A DNA stretch of 64,000 bases from Clostridia bacterium. GTDB taxonomy: Bacteria; Bacillota; Clostridia; TANB77; CAG-508. Below are positions 18,308 to 28,147 of this stretch, piece after piece. Under the pieces are notes generated by a model, which saw only the letters and a program-made list of their open reading frames with translations, had not been told where the DNA came from and did no database searches. Numbering within the stretch: position 1 is the first letter of the stretch; each line of letters starts with the position of its first letter. A program made the translations under genes and the position numbers. The DNA is taken from assembly GCA_017404545.1 (NCBI GenBank), contig JAFRCC010000006.1, forward strand, positions 8 to 64,007, given 5' to 3'.

Positions 18308-20197
18308 TTAATCATCCTCAAAAAGATACTCTTTTCCATGAGATATGAAATCAAATTCAAAGGTTAAATAATCAGCCATTACATTTTCTAATTCATTTTT
18401 ACTAGGAATTTCATCATTAAAATAATAATAAGAGTGTAACCATTCATCATCATCTTTAACTGTTGATTTGACCATAAATTTGCTTTCAGCGTCTTTTTCA
18501 TCTCTCCAACATTGCAATAAATGTTTTCTTCTTTCAGCAACCCTATCGGTTTCGACAATTCCAGTATGCTTTTTCAATCTGTATCCGTCATCTTTAAAAT
18601 TAATAAATTTGCTTCGTTTTTCTGGGGGGTGAGGATTATGAGCTGTGAAAATTGCTATAACTGGATTTACTCCCCGCCTACGAAATACATGTTTTGGATT
18701 GAGAGTAATAACTCCTTCTAAAGTATGCTCTTTCAAAATTTGTTTTTTAATTTCTTTATCATCATCATTTGTCCCGACCATTACTGATTGAGGAACTATA
18801 ACTGCACATTTACCATTATCTCCTAAAGAATCCAGCAATCGTTTGATAAAATTTATTTCAGACGTATCTTGAGAATATGGAGGGTTCATCAAACCAACAG
18901 TATAATTTTCTTTTTTCAAATCATCAACTTCACATCTAAAGAAATCTCTTAATTTAAGATTACTTTTACCATCTCCTCTTAAAATCATATTTGTTGTTGC
19001 TATGGTAAATAAATGAGGTCTTAATTCAATACCGTGTAAATTATTTAATTTTATATTTCTTTTTTCGCCCTCATCTGTTGTCTGAGATATCATTTTATTC
19101 ATTCCAGCAATTAAAAAACTTCCCGTACCACAACAAGGGTCAAATATTTTGTCTGTTGGTTTAATTTCTAATAATTCACAAAATAATTCAGTAATATGTT
19201 TGGGAGTCAATACAATTCCTAATGAACTACCGTCAACTCCACTATATTTAATAAATTCGGTGTAAAAATATCCTAAAATATCGACATTAACGGTAGTTAT
19301 CGATGGGAAAATTTTATTTCTTATAAATTCTGCGAAATATTTGAGGGGTGTTTTTTTTAAGGTTGGGTCTATTGTATTTAATGTTTCATCATCTTTTATT
19401 AATGTAAATTGGTTTAATATGATTTCTTCTTTATCTCCAACTTCACTACTTTGAAGGTTGTCTTTCATTGCTTCGTAGATTTTTTTTCCATCAGTTCCAC
19501 CTTTACGTTTTCCTTTTAAATCATCTAAATTTAAACCTTCATTTAGTGCTAATAATATTGCAGAAACTACTAATGGTTTTTGAGTATCACCTAATTGACC
19601 ATAGTTTCTTAAATGTTTGTTTAATTCTTTTGATTTTTTTATAACTAGTTCTAATTCCAATTCTTTTTGAGAAGGCTCCCCTAATACTTCTTCTTTATAA
19701 TAATCGTTAATATTATCCTCATTAAAATTTTCAAAATCATCTACTTCTTCCAATAATTTATAAGAATTTTCATCAACAAAGATGGGTCTTATAGTAAAAT
19801 TTTCAGTTCCACTACAACCAAAAGCAAAAGCTTTTTTATAAGAGGATTTTTTAAGAATATGGTTTGCGTAGTGCAAAGCTCCATTTTCTGCATAATTTTT
19901 AATAGCATTTTCACTAGATAAATCTAAATTCTTCTGATTATCGTCGAGGTAAAGGGCTTGTTTTGAGGATTCTCTTTTATCTTCGATGACTATTACAAAT
20001 TCTCCAACTAATCCTATAAATTCAGGAAACCCTTTGTTTTCTCCGGGATTACTTTCGATATTTTTTGTCGCTCCGTTTAATGCTTCATCAATTTCAGGAT
20101 TGCTACTTATTTGTTCATCATATTCTATATCAGCGTCCTTTAATAATCCTCGCACTATATCATCAGTCTTTCTCTCACTAACCATTTTCCCACTCAA
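18308..20197 (-). CDS. hsdM: type I N6-adenine DNA methyltransferase subunit, N-terminally extended
   Basis: Motif I DPCCGTGSFL and motif IV LMNPPYS. 629 aa. Confidence 0.8.
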   Translation of the reverse strand: MSGKMVSERKTDDIVRGLLKDADIEYDEQISSNPEIDEALNGATKNIESNPGENKGFPEFIGLVGEFVIVIEDKRESSKQALYLDDNQKNLDLSSENAIKNYAENGALHYANHILKKSSYKKAFAFGCSGTENFTIRPIFVDENSYKLLEEVDDFENFNEDNINDYYKEEVLGEPSQKELELELVIKKSKELNKHLRNYGQLGDTQKPLVVSAILLALNEGLNLDDLKGKRKGGTDGKKIYEAMKDNLQSSEVGDKEEIILNQFTLIKDDETLNTIDPTLKKTPLKYFAEFIRNKIFPSITTVNVDILGYFYTEFIKYSGVDGSSLGIVLTPKHITELFCELLEIKPTDKIFDPCCGTGSFLIAGMNKMISQTTDEGEKRNIKLNNLHGIELRPHLFTIATTNMILRGDGKSNLKLRDFFRCEVDDLKKENYTVGLMNPPYSQDTSEINFIKRLLDSLGDNGKCAVIVPQSVMVGTNDDDKEIKKQILKEHTLEGVITLNPKHVFRRRGVNPVIAIFTAHNPHPPEKRSKFINFKDDGYRLKKHTGIVETDRVAERRKHLLQCWRDEKDAESKFMVKSTVKDDDEWLHSYYYFNDEIPSKNELENVMADYLTFEFDFISHGKEYLFEDD

Positions 20198-20628
20198 AAT
20201 AATAATTCCTTGAGTAAATTTTTATTTATACTATTATTTATAGATGTTTAAAAAGAGATTATATGCATTTAATATTTAATTAAACTAATTTTAAGAGATT
20301 AATATTCAAAATTAATGATTATTAAAGCTTATTTAAAAAATAATTCTAGTATATAAATTTAGGTTTTATGTAAATTAGTTCTTATTTTCAATTATATATA
20401 GTATAATTCCCTAATATTGTATTGGAAACTAAATTTTATAGTTTTCAAACGGAAAATAAGTCAGCAAAACCTAATAGATATTTGTTCAAGTTTTAACCCT
20501 AGTAACTTTATAATTCTTGACTTATTTTCCTTTATTCCTTCCGTTCCTTTTTTTAGTGCCGATGAAATGAATAACGAGTCGGTGAAATTATGAGTATTAA
20601 GATTATTTTTAAGTGAGGTGTCTATTGT

Positions 20629-21426
20629 ATGGCTCTTCACATTGCTTTAGACGGCGTTAATGGCGTTGGAAAAACAACAATGATTGAAAAACTGAAAGAA
20701 TTTTTAGTCAATAAATCATATAACGTCAAGACACTAACCCAACCCGGTTTTAATCCTATCGTATCTATATTAGAAGATTATAATTTAACAATTTCCGAAA
20801 AGGAACTGTTGTTAGCTGTAGACAGAAGTATAACATTTAATTTTGAAAATCTTGATCAATACGATGTCGTTTTGTGGGATAGGAGCATCTTAACAAGTTA
20901 CGCTTATCACACAGACGGAATCGTAAAACCGTCATTTATTCACAATATTAACAAATTTACGCCGGAAATGGATATCATCATCGTCATTACTCATTACGAG
21001 TACACCCAAGAGCAAGATTTTACTAATCGAGTTTGTTATGACCTAATCAAAAAATACGACGTACTCATCGAAGAGTTCAGTAATGCCTTCGAGGTCAAAT
21101 ATCTAGCTGATGATCCAGATAAGATGTTGGAAAATATTGTGGAAATTATTTTTCGTGAACTTCCCACTTGCAGTTGGTGCGGTAGACTGTTTAGAAAATC
21201 CGTTTCAAATAAGAAATATTGTTGTGATAACTGCAAGAAGTTCGCTAAAGAGGAGCAAAACAGAGATAACTTCAGAAATTATTATAATCGTTACAAAGAT
21301 ACAATGAGCGAGTCAAAAAAAGGAGCTTTAGGAAGTAAAGGTGCAAACCTACACGGGAAGGCAAATAAAGACCCCGAAATTGAAGCTCGTTTGATTAACC
21401 GTGAGAAAATGAGATTGGGATTATAA
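20629..21426 (+). CDS. thymidylate (dNMP) kinase-like protein with C-terminal zinc ribbon
   Basis: P-loop LDGVNGVGKTT. TMPK-like WDRSILTSYAYH (DRY...AY motif). C-terminal CSWCG...CCDNCKK. Confidence 0.55.
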   Translation: MALHIALDGVNGVGKTTMIEKLKEFLVNKSYNVKTLTQPGFNPIVSILEDYNLTISEKELLLAVDRSITFNFENLDQYDVVLWDRSILTSYAYHTDGIVKPSFIHNINKFTPEMDIIIVITHYEYTQEQDFTNRVCYDLIKKYDVLIEEFSNAFEVKYLADDPDKMLENIVEIIFRELPTCSWCGRLFRKSVSNKKYCCDNCKKFAKEEQNRDNFRNYYNRYKDTMSESKKGALGSKGANLHGKANKDPEIEARLINREKMRLGL

Positions 21427-21481
21427 AATATCTAATAAGAATACCTTCACCAAATCGAGATGATTTTTATTATAGTTTTTT

Positions 21482-21751
21482 ATGAAGAGGATTGAAGTTA
21501 AAATGTCTAATAAACCTTATTCAAATCTAATCTGTCCGAATTGTGAAAATAAGGGAGATTATGAGCTAGATGATAATGAGGAAATAGTTTGTATTCATTG
21601 CGGACTAGTTATCAAATCTCCATATCCCTATTCAGCAGGTATTAGGTTTAAGACATTAACGGAGATTCTAGACGATAAAAGAAATGAAAGAAAAGAAAAT
21701 AAACGTTGGAGGAGAGAGAATGAGCGACGTAAAAAGTTTCAAAAAATATAG
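21482..21751 (+). CDS. zinc-ribbon protein
   Basis: CPNCEN...CIHCG four-Cys ribbon; basic C-terminus. Confidence 0.45.
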   Translation: MKRIEVKMSNKPYSNLICPNCENKGDYELDDNEEIVCIHCGLVIKSPYPYSAGIRFKTLTEILDDKRNERKENKRWRRENERRKKFQKI

Positions 21752-21953
21752 TTGGTTAATAAGTGCAATATTTGCAGTAATTGTTTTAATTAGCGGTTTA
21801 ACTGCTAATGATATCAGTTTTTTACCGGTAGAACTTCAAGCAAAAGCCGTCGGAGTTATAGGTGCTTGCGCTTTGATTGTAAAAATTTTACCTGAAAATT
21901 ATAGAGTTTATATTGCCGAAAATCTCGTAAGAAACGAATATGAAGGAGAATGA
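21720..21953 (+). CDS. small membrane protein (start at the internal ATG behind GGAGAGAGA)
   Basis: Hydrophobic ORF. Confidence 0.4.
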   Translation: MSDVKSFKKYSWLISAIFAVIVLISGLTANDISFLPVELQAKAVGVIGACALIVKILPENYRVYIAENLVRNEYEGE

Positions 21954-22177
21954 TTATGTCTAATGAGAGAACTCCATATTTACAAGAATTAATCAGATTA
22001 TCTTCAAAAGCAACATTAGTAATTGCTAGCCACCTCTTTAATGAGGAATACGACCCCGAAGATACTTATAAAGATATAAGAGAGGCTTTAAAATTCTTGA
22101 AAAATGACGATAAATTAATCGTGAATGAAAAGGAAATCGATGAGGAATTTATTGAAATAAGTATTGAATTGAGATGA
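21950..22177 (+). CDS. hypothetical protein
   Basis: ORF. Confidence 0.4.
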   Translation: MIMSNERTPYLQELIRLSSKATLVIASHLFNEEYDPEDTYKDIREALKFLKNDDKLIVNEKEIDEEFIEISIELR

Positions 22178-22521
22178 TAAAAATGAGCAAACCTTTAACA
22201 GAAATAATTCCTTGGAGGCGTACAATTTGGACTTACGGGTTTGTAAAGACTACTTTGTCCGGTTCCTTAATATCTACCGGCGTTGTACTAATCTTTAACG
22301 GAGTTACAAATCATCCGTTGTTTCACGGAATTAACGAAATTGCTATAATTTGCGGGTTCATTGCTATAATTCTCGCAATAGCGGTTATAACTAGTATAGA
22401 TAAGTACAAGGAAAAGACCAAAAGAGAGGAGCTTGAAGCGATAGATAAACAAATTGACGATAGAGCACATGAGATAGCTGAACAGAAGGTCTTAGAATAT
22501 CTTGATAGAATGAGTAAATAA
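22174..22521 (+). CDS. membrane protein
   Basis: ORF with TM helices. Confidence 0.4.
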   Translation: MIKMSKPLTEIIPWRRTIWTYGFVKTTLSGSLISTGVVLIFNGVTNHPLFHGINEIAIICGFIAIILAIAVITSIDKYKEKTKREELEAIDKQIDDRAHEIAEQKVLEYLDRMSK

Positions 22522-22536
22522 AGGAGGCTTCAAATT

Positions 22537-23190
22537 ATGGCTGAAGTTGGTAAAATTAATATTAATGAATTGGTATCTCCGGAATGGAATCCACGGGAAA
22601 TTTCCGACGACGAAATGGAAAAGTTAAAAACTAGTTTAAAAGAGTTCGGTTATGTAGATTACTTAGTCGTTAATAAGGTCAATAATCATATAGTCGGTGG
22701 AAACCAAAGGTATCATGCTCTAAAAGAGATGGGATTTGAGGAACTTGATGTAATATTTATTGAAGAAAGTGATTTAAATAGGGAAAAGACACTCAACATC
22801 GCACTCAATAAAATTTCCGGAGATTGGGACAACGAAAGACTTGAAGAATTATTAAATGAGTTAAATACTGCGGATATTGAATTAATCCTTACAGGGTTTG
22901 ACGAATTTGAATTAGAAGGATTATTATTTGATACTGACGAGGACTTAGACGACGAAGTTGTAGATAGAAGTATTGAAGAGGCTTTTAATAATATTTATGA
23001 AGGTTTAAGCGAGAATGAGGAACTAAACGACGCCAAATCAGACAATCGTATTATTAGTTTCTATACGGCTGATGAAGATTTGTATTATAAGTTCCTAAAC
23101 TATTTAGGATTAAATTCAATAAAGCTCGATAAAAAAAGAAATGTACGTTTGGAGGACTTAGAATGTTTAAAAGAACCGGTCATGGACTAA
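22537..23190 (+). CDS. ParB-like nuclease domain protein (possible small terminase or DNA-binding function)
   Basis: NPREIS...L..SL.EFGYVDYLVVNKVNNHIVGGNQRYHALKEMGFEELDVIF matches the ParB N-terminal/sulfiredoxin-like fold. Confidence 0.6.
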   Translation: MAEVGKININELVSPEWNPREISDDEMEKLKTSLKEFGYVDYLVVNKVNNHIVGGNQRYHALKEMGFEELDVIFIEESDLNREKTLNIALNKISGDWDNERLEELLNELNTADIELILTGFDEFELEGLLFDTDEDLDDEVVDRSIEEAFNNIYEGLSENEELNDAKSDNRIISFYTADEDLYYKFLNYLGLNSIKLDKKRNVRLEDLECLKEPVMD

Positions 23191-24395
23191 ATCTCACTAG
23201 TATATTTTTAATTTGCCCTATTCCAGTAAGCATGGACGTTTATCCGGTTTGTACTTTTAATTGTCTTTATTGCTTTGGAAAGGCTTCAGTCTCAAAGAAA
23301 AACAGAACTCAACTGAATACTCCTAAGCCTGAAACTCTCGATAATTTCTTAACAAAGCATCTCGCTGAAGCTCCTAAAGAATTAAATCAAGAGGAAAAAT
23401 TTGTAAAATGGTACATTCATAACAGAAAAGCAGTTCAAATAGGTGTGGTTAGTGATCCTTTTGACTTCTTAGAGTATAAATACGGATATACTTATGATAT
23501 TCTACAAGTTTTCAGCAAGCATCACTATCCTATCAGATTAAGTACAAAAGGTGTACTTTACGCTAAAAATAAATATCTGAAACTGTTCCGGGAAAATAGG
23601 GACGTTTGGAAACTCGGAGTAAGTCTGTTTACTAAAGATGAGGAAACTCTCACCAATGTAGAAAAAAACGGGTTTTCATACAATAAGAGATTAAAAGCAA
23701 TACGTAAAGCGGTAAATAATAGTATCGATGTTGTAGTACGTTTCGGACCATATATTCCGGGAATTAATGAGGATTATGAGGAAATAATGGCTGATTTGCA
23801 TGACGCTGGAGTTAAAGATTTTCAGCTAAGGAACTTTGAAAAGTCTCCGTTTTTAACTAACGCTGAAAAGAAAAATTACGAAAAACTAAATCAAATCAGT
23901 AAAATCGATTTAAACAAATTCTGTAAAAATCACATGAGTAAAGAGCGCCACGGTGAATTAAGTTACACTAAAAGCGTAGAATACACTAAGAAGTTCAGGA
24001 AAATAGCAGAAAAATACGGTATGAACTTCTATACTCAAAATGACCCGGCTAGAGTTCACGGATTAAGTGAGAATTGTTGTGCAGTTAAAGAGGACTTTAT
24101 TTTGAAGGATTACAATTTGTGTTCTGCACTGTTCGTTGCTAAAGAAAAAGGTGAGGTTCACTATGAAGATGTCGCTAAGAATTTTAACCATTTGTTAGGT
24201 GATATTCCAACAGCGAACACTTGTTTTTTCACTGAATCTAAGAAATTAGTTCATCTTAAAGATTTATTCCAAAACGCTTGGAACAATCCAAAATCCCGTA
24301 GAGGATTATGTAAAAGATTTGGTTATCATCTTTTACCAGACAGAGTAGATGAAAACGGAAACATAGTATACAAGATTGATGAAAAACGCTTATAA
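23163..24395 (+). CDS. radical SAM protein, SplB-like (COG1533 DNA-repair-photolyase-like)
   Basis: CTFNCLYC gives the CxxxCxxC cluster motif, embedded in VYPVCTFNCLYCFG as in SplB-like radical SAM proteins. Confidence 0.55.
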   Translation: MFKRTGHGLNLTSIFLICPIPVSMDVYPVCTFNCLYCFGKASVSKKNRTQLNTPKPETLDNFLTKHLAEAPKELNQEEKFVKWYIHNRKAVQIGVVSDPFDFLEYKYGYTYDILQVFSKHHYPIRLSTKGVLYAKNKYLKLFRENRDVWKLGVSLFTKDEETLTNVEKNGFSYNKRLKAIRKAVNNSIDVVVRFGPYIPGINEDYEEIMADLHDAGVKDFQLRNFEKSPFLTNAEKKNYEKLNQISKIDLNKFCKNHMSKERHGELSYTKSVEYTKKFRKIAEKYGMNFYTQNDPARVHGLSENCCAVKEDFILKDYNLCSALFVAKEKGEVHYEDVAKNFNHLLGDIPTANTCFFTESKKLVHLKDLFQNAWNNPKSRRGLCKRFGYHLLPDRVDENGNIVYKIDEKRL

Positions 24396-24418
24396 AAATT
24401 GAGGGAGGTGAGTATACT

Positions 24419-25048
24419 TTGAAAACTGATGAGGAATATCTACAATTGGCTGAAAAATACGAGAGTTTACAAAAATTGCCTCGTGAAAAGGTTCCTTCTT
24501 GGAGAAAAAGATGCTGTTACCTCCTTGCCGGAGCTAAAAGGAGCTTAGCCTATGTTGCAGAAAATGAAATGGGAGTGACCCAAGATGACCCGGATTTTCC
24601 CAAAGCGATTAGTTCCCTAAAGAATCTATCCTCAAAGCACGAGTGGGTAATGTGGAGTCAGTTATTCGATATTGAAGAGCAATCAATTAAGCTAGAAAAA
24701 AGGCAAAACAAATTCGATGAGCTAGAGGACGTTGAACTGAAGATGCTTGAGATTGTAATTAAATCTTTAAGTAAGTTCATTGCCGAGTTCGTCCGGAACC
24801 CCGTTAAAAAGGACGGTGATGAGTATAGTCTTATGAGTAAGATTGATTTGTATAATAAGATTTTATCAGCGTTTGATAAGGCTGATGTTATTTTACGCCG
24901 TTTAACAGGACAACCTTTGGAATATACTAGAATTGATAGTAATAATGTTATCGATGTTAAAGCTAAGGTTAGTGAGGTTAAGACTCTAAAAGATGAAGAG
25001 GCTGAAGCTGAAGAATACTTTAAAAAATTAGAATCTGAAATGAAATAA
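24419..25048 (+). CDS. hypothetical protein (possible small terminase subunit by position)
   Basis: ORF immediately upstream of the large terminase. Confidence 0.3.
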   Translation: MKTDEEYLQLAEKYESLQKLPREKVPSWRKRCCYLLAGAKRSLAYVAENEMGVTQDDPDFPKAISSLKNLSSKHEWVMWSQLFDIEEQSIKLEKRQNKFDELEDVELKMLEIVIKSLSKFIAEFVRNPVKKDGDEYSLMSKIDLYNKILSAFDKADVILRRLTGQPLEYTRIDSNNVIDVKAKVSEVKTLKDEEAEAEEYFKKLESEMK

Positions 25049-25218
25049 ATAGAAATTGTTTTTTTATTTTAGTTTAATGTTACTAAGGCGATGAATTAAT
25101 TTTAGGTTTCATCGACACTTTGAGAATTATTACAATATGACTTAATATTTTTTAGTTGAACTGATTTTAGTGTTTGAATTATTAGGTCAGAAGTTAATTA
25201 AAACCTATTGATTTTGAG

Positions 25219-26598
25219 TTGGATATTATGAATATTGCAGAGAGTACGGATTGGGACGGAATTTGGCACAACCAAAGAAACCACTTCAAAGCAACTATTT
25301 ATAATAACGACTTTATACCTCATAAACCATTCACTAATCAAGTAAAATTTCTTATTTATCCTTCTGAAGAACTCTTTTATGGAGGACAGGCTGGAGGAGG
25401 CAAGAGCGATTGTTTACTCATGTCTGCATTGCAATACGTTGAGGACAAGCATATTCCCGAAGGTGAGAACAAATTAAATTATAATGCTTTAATCATTAGG
25501 CGTACTTTAGAGGACTTAGATATGCCTAATGCTATTATGGATAGGGCTAAACAATGGTTATTACCTCTTGAAGATAAATTAGGCGTAGTTTGGAAAGAAA
25601 AAAAGAAACGTTTCATATTTCCAAGCGGTGCAACTTTAACTTTCAGATACCTCTCTCATAATAAACACTTGAACAGCTATCAGGGAGCTGAATTGCAATT
25701 TGTTGGCTTTGATGAGCTGACACAATTTCCGGAAAATCAATATCAATACTTACATTCTAGACTAAGGAAATTGGAGGACAGCGATATTCCAATTAGAATG
25801 AGAAGTGCAAGCAATCCCGGTGGAATAGGTCATGATTGGGTGAAAAAAAGATTTATCGATGAGGAAAGTTCATTACCATTCATTCCCTCATCTTATACTG
25901 ATAATAAATACCTAAATCAAAAAGAGTACGTAAAGCAATTAGATAAGCTAGACGAACTAACAAAACTTCAACTCAAATACGGTGATTGGAACGCTATATT
26001 AAAAGAAGGTTTGTTAATTAATCGAGACGGATTGAAATCAGCGTTAATATCCTACAATATCTATAAGGATTGGCAACCGGCGTTTTGTAGTATCGGAATC
26101 GACCCCGCTAGTACTGGAAACGATAAATTTGCTATGAGTTGTCTAGTATATTTTAACAATGGAAATATTGTATTAGTTGATCTAGACGCCACCCCTTCTG
26201 CGTTTCCTGAAGAAAGACTTAAAAACTTCATAATTCGCAACGCTAAGTGGAATCCTTACGTCGTTAATTTCGAACAAGAGCCCGGAAGTGATTCAACTTA
26301 CGCTTTAAAACATTGGCAAGGCGTACTAAAGGATTTAGTCAGTAAATACGGAATTATAGTCAAAAAAACTCAATCTAGTAACAGCAAATACAATAGAGCA
26401 AGACCTACCGCTAATTTAATCAGACAAAATAGATTATTCTTTGATGATAGAATAAATCCTGAAAGATTAAGAGCTTTATTCAATCAATATGTTTATATTC
26501 ACCCCGATAAAGAAGTAATGAAAGAATATCCGAGCCCTGATGAATTAGATAGTTTAGGATATGGATTTATGGAGATACAGAATATTATTAGATTATAA
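25219..26598 (+). CDS. terL: terminase large subunit
   Basis: Walker A GGQAGGGKSD, Walker B VGFDELTQF; size and position. Confidence 0.85.
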   Translation: MDIMNIAESTDWDGIWHNQRNHFKATIYNNDFIPHKPFTNQVKFLIYPSEELFYGGQAGGGKSDCLLMSALQYVEDKHIPEGENKLNYNALIIRRTLEDLDMPNAIMDRAKQWLLPLEDKLGVVWKEKKKRFIFPSGATLTFRYLSHNKHLNSYQGAELQFVGFDELTQFPENQYQYLHSRLRKLEDSDIPIRMRSASNPGGIGHDWVKKRFIDEESSLPFIPSSYTDNKYLNQKEYVKQLDKLDELTKLQLKYGDWNAILKEGLLINRDGLKSALISYNIYKDWQPAFCSIGIDPASTGNDKFAMSCLVYFNNGNIVLVDLDATPSAFPEERLKNFIIRNAKWNPYVVNFEQEPGSDSTYALKHWQGVLKDLVSKYGIIVKKTQSSNSKYNRARPTANLIRQNRLFFDDRINPERLRALFNQYVYIHPDKEVMKEYPSPDELDSLGYGFMEIQNIIRL

Positions 26599-26652
26599 TA
26601 ATTTGTTATTAAATAGTTATAACTAAATATAACAAAATAAATAATCTATTTC

Positions 26653-27405
26653 ATGAGCGATAACAATAAAGTTCAAGAATTAAACAAAAATGAAATAATC
26701 CAAAAAGAAAAACCTCAAAAGGTAATTAAAACTGAAAATAAAGCATTAAAATTTGTTGAAGATAAACTAAATAATTTCATTAATGATGGTAATGATTCTC
26801 CTAAGGAAATTATAACCGAACCAAAGAAAATTAAAAAAGATAATGAGGAATATGATTTTTCTTGTAGTATAGATGAAGTAAGAACTAATTGGAGAGGTAT
26901 AGAAAAAGAAGATAGGAGAAAATGTTATGTAAAAGTTTTAAATGATAGATTAATTCTTGATAAAACCGGTATAATGATTCAAAGCGATTTAGGAAGCAGA
27001 ACAATTTATTATTCAGATATAAGTAGCATAGATTTTGATAAATCCGGCGTATTTCACGTTACTAATTCTGTTAAAATTATTATGAGAGGTGGAGAATTTA
27101 TTACTTTAATACATGTAAATCAGTTAAAATATAATTTAATCAATAGAAAATGGAAAAAATATAAAGAAAATAAAGATAATGTGAAAAATTCTAATTTAGA
27201 TGAATCTCAAAGCCTCGCTGATGAACTAATTAAATATTCAGAATTATACGAAAAAGGATTTATTTCTGAAGATGAATTTAATACTTTAAAACAAAAATTA
27301 ATAAATTCTCCTACAGAGTCCTCAAATAACTATTGTGGAAATTGTGGTGCGGAGATTGTAGATGATTCTAATTTCTGTACTAATTGCGGAAATAAAATTA
27401 AATAA
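26653..27405 (+). CDS. hypothetical protein with SHOCT-like motif and C-terminal zinc ribbon
   Basis: LIKYSELYEKGFISEDEFNTLKQKLI followed by CGNCG...CTNCG. Confidence 0.4.
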   Translation: MSDNNKVQELNKNEIIQKEKPQKVIKTENKALKFVEDKLNNFINDGNDSPKEIITEPKKIKKDNEEYDFSCSIDEVRTNWRGIEKEDRRKCYVKVLNDRLILDKTGIMIQSDLGSRTIYYSDISSIDFDKSGVFHVTNSVKIIMRGGEFITLIHVNQLKYNLINRKWKKYKENKDNVKNSNLDESQSLADELIKYSELYEKGFISEDEFNTLKQKLINSPTESSNNYCGNCGAEIVDDSNFCTNCGNKIK

Positions 27406-27416
27406 GATTTATAATA

Positions 27417-27517
27417 GCAGATGCTAATCAAAGATGGAGTGAAAATTTCCTTTAAACATCAGTATCATAATTATTGAGCTTTTGAATTTAACTTCTAATG
27501 TTCAAATTAGCATCTGC
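27417..27517. terminator. large hairpin (12-bp perfect inverted repeat GCAGATGCTAAT / ATTAGCATCTGC) between convergent genes
   Basis: Read directly; lies between the 26653-27405 (+) stop and the 27578-28147 (-) stop. Confidence 0.4.
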
Positions 27518-27577
27518 AATAATAGGTTTTTATTCCGAGATTAATTAATTTATCTACTTTTTTATGGAATTTTTTTG

Positions 27578-28147
27578 TTATTCCCATCCGTCATCGATTT
27601 TTCCACATTTATTTTCATTTACAATATTATAAAACAAACTAGCCAATTCTTTTTTATCAAATAAAACATTATATCTAACCGTATTACAAGTTATTAAAAC
27701 TTTTTTCTGGTTTAATTCAACATCAGTGATTGTATCCCAAGCTATTCTCATATCTTCTGATTTATTTAAAGCTTTTTTAAATACTAATCCATTATCCGGA
27801 ATATATAATTCAGATTTCACTCTTAATTGTTTTTTAGAAGTTTTAGTGTGCCCGCTACCATATAAATTATATCCGTGTATTTCATAGACAGTTTCAGGCA
27901 AAGTAACATAAACCGGAACAGTTAATTTATATAATAAATGAGGTCTTTGATTAAAGAATTCATCTACTAAATCAAATGTAGTGTCAGTAATCGGGTTCAA
28001 CCCCTTACTTTCGACAAATTCCTGAAAATAATTAAAAGAAATTCCAAATTCTTTACTTTTTTTTCTAGCGACTGCAAATGGATTTCCATCACCCATTATG
28101 TCATTTTTAGCTTTTTTCAATTTTTTAAACATATTCGGTTCCTTCAC
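27578..28147 (-). CDS. hypothetical protein encoded on the opposite strand inside the packaging module (moron-like)
   Basis: Only minus-strand gene between 20.6 and 56.4 kb; followed by a 270-bp AT-rich intergenic region. Confidence 0.5.
   Translation of the reverse strand: MKEPNMFKKLKKAKNDIMGDGNPFAVARKKSKEFGISFNYFQEFVESKGLNPITDTTFDLVDEFFNQRPHLLYKLTVPVYVTLPETVYEIHGYNLYGSGHTKTSKKQLRVKSELYIPDNGLVFKKALNKSEDMRIAWDTITDVELNQKKVLITCNTVRYNVLFDKKELASLFYNIVNENKCGKIDDGWE

Noticed and set aside
18308-20197. Calling the extended HsdM a fused nuclease-methyltransferase (type IIG/ISP-like)
   Set aside because: The N-terminal E-x-K-like segment is too weak on its own. A separate HsdS gene is present, and HsdM proteins normally carry an N-terminal helical domain. 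Kept only as a low-confidence note.
18521-20213. Plus-strand ORFs 18521-18721 and 19986-20213 inside hsdM; 21036-21236, 21110-21307 inside the kinase-like gene; 22288-22470 inside the membrane-protein gene 22174-22521; 29404-29592, 30124-30345, 30320-30508, 33938-34150, 39617-39862, 41852-42034, 49535-49735, 52497-52691
   Set aside because: Alternative-frame or antisense ORFs within strongly supported CDSs; no independent evidence.
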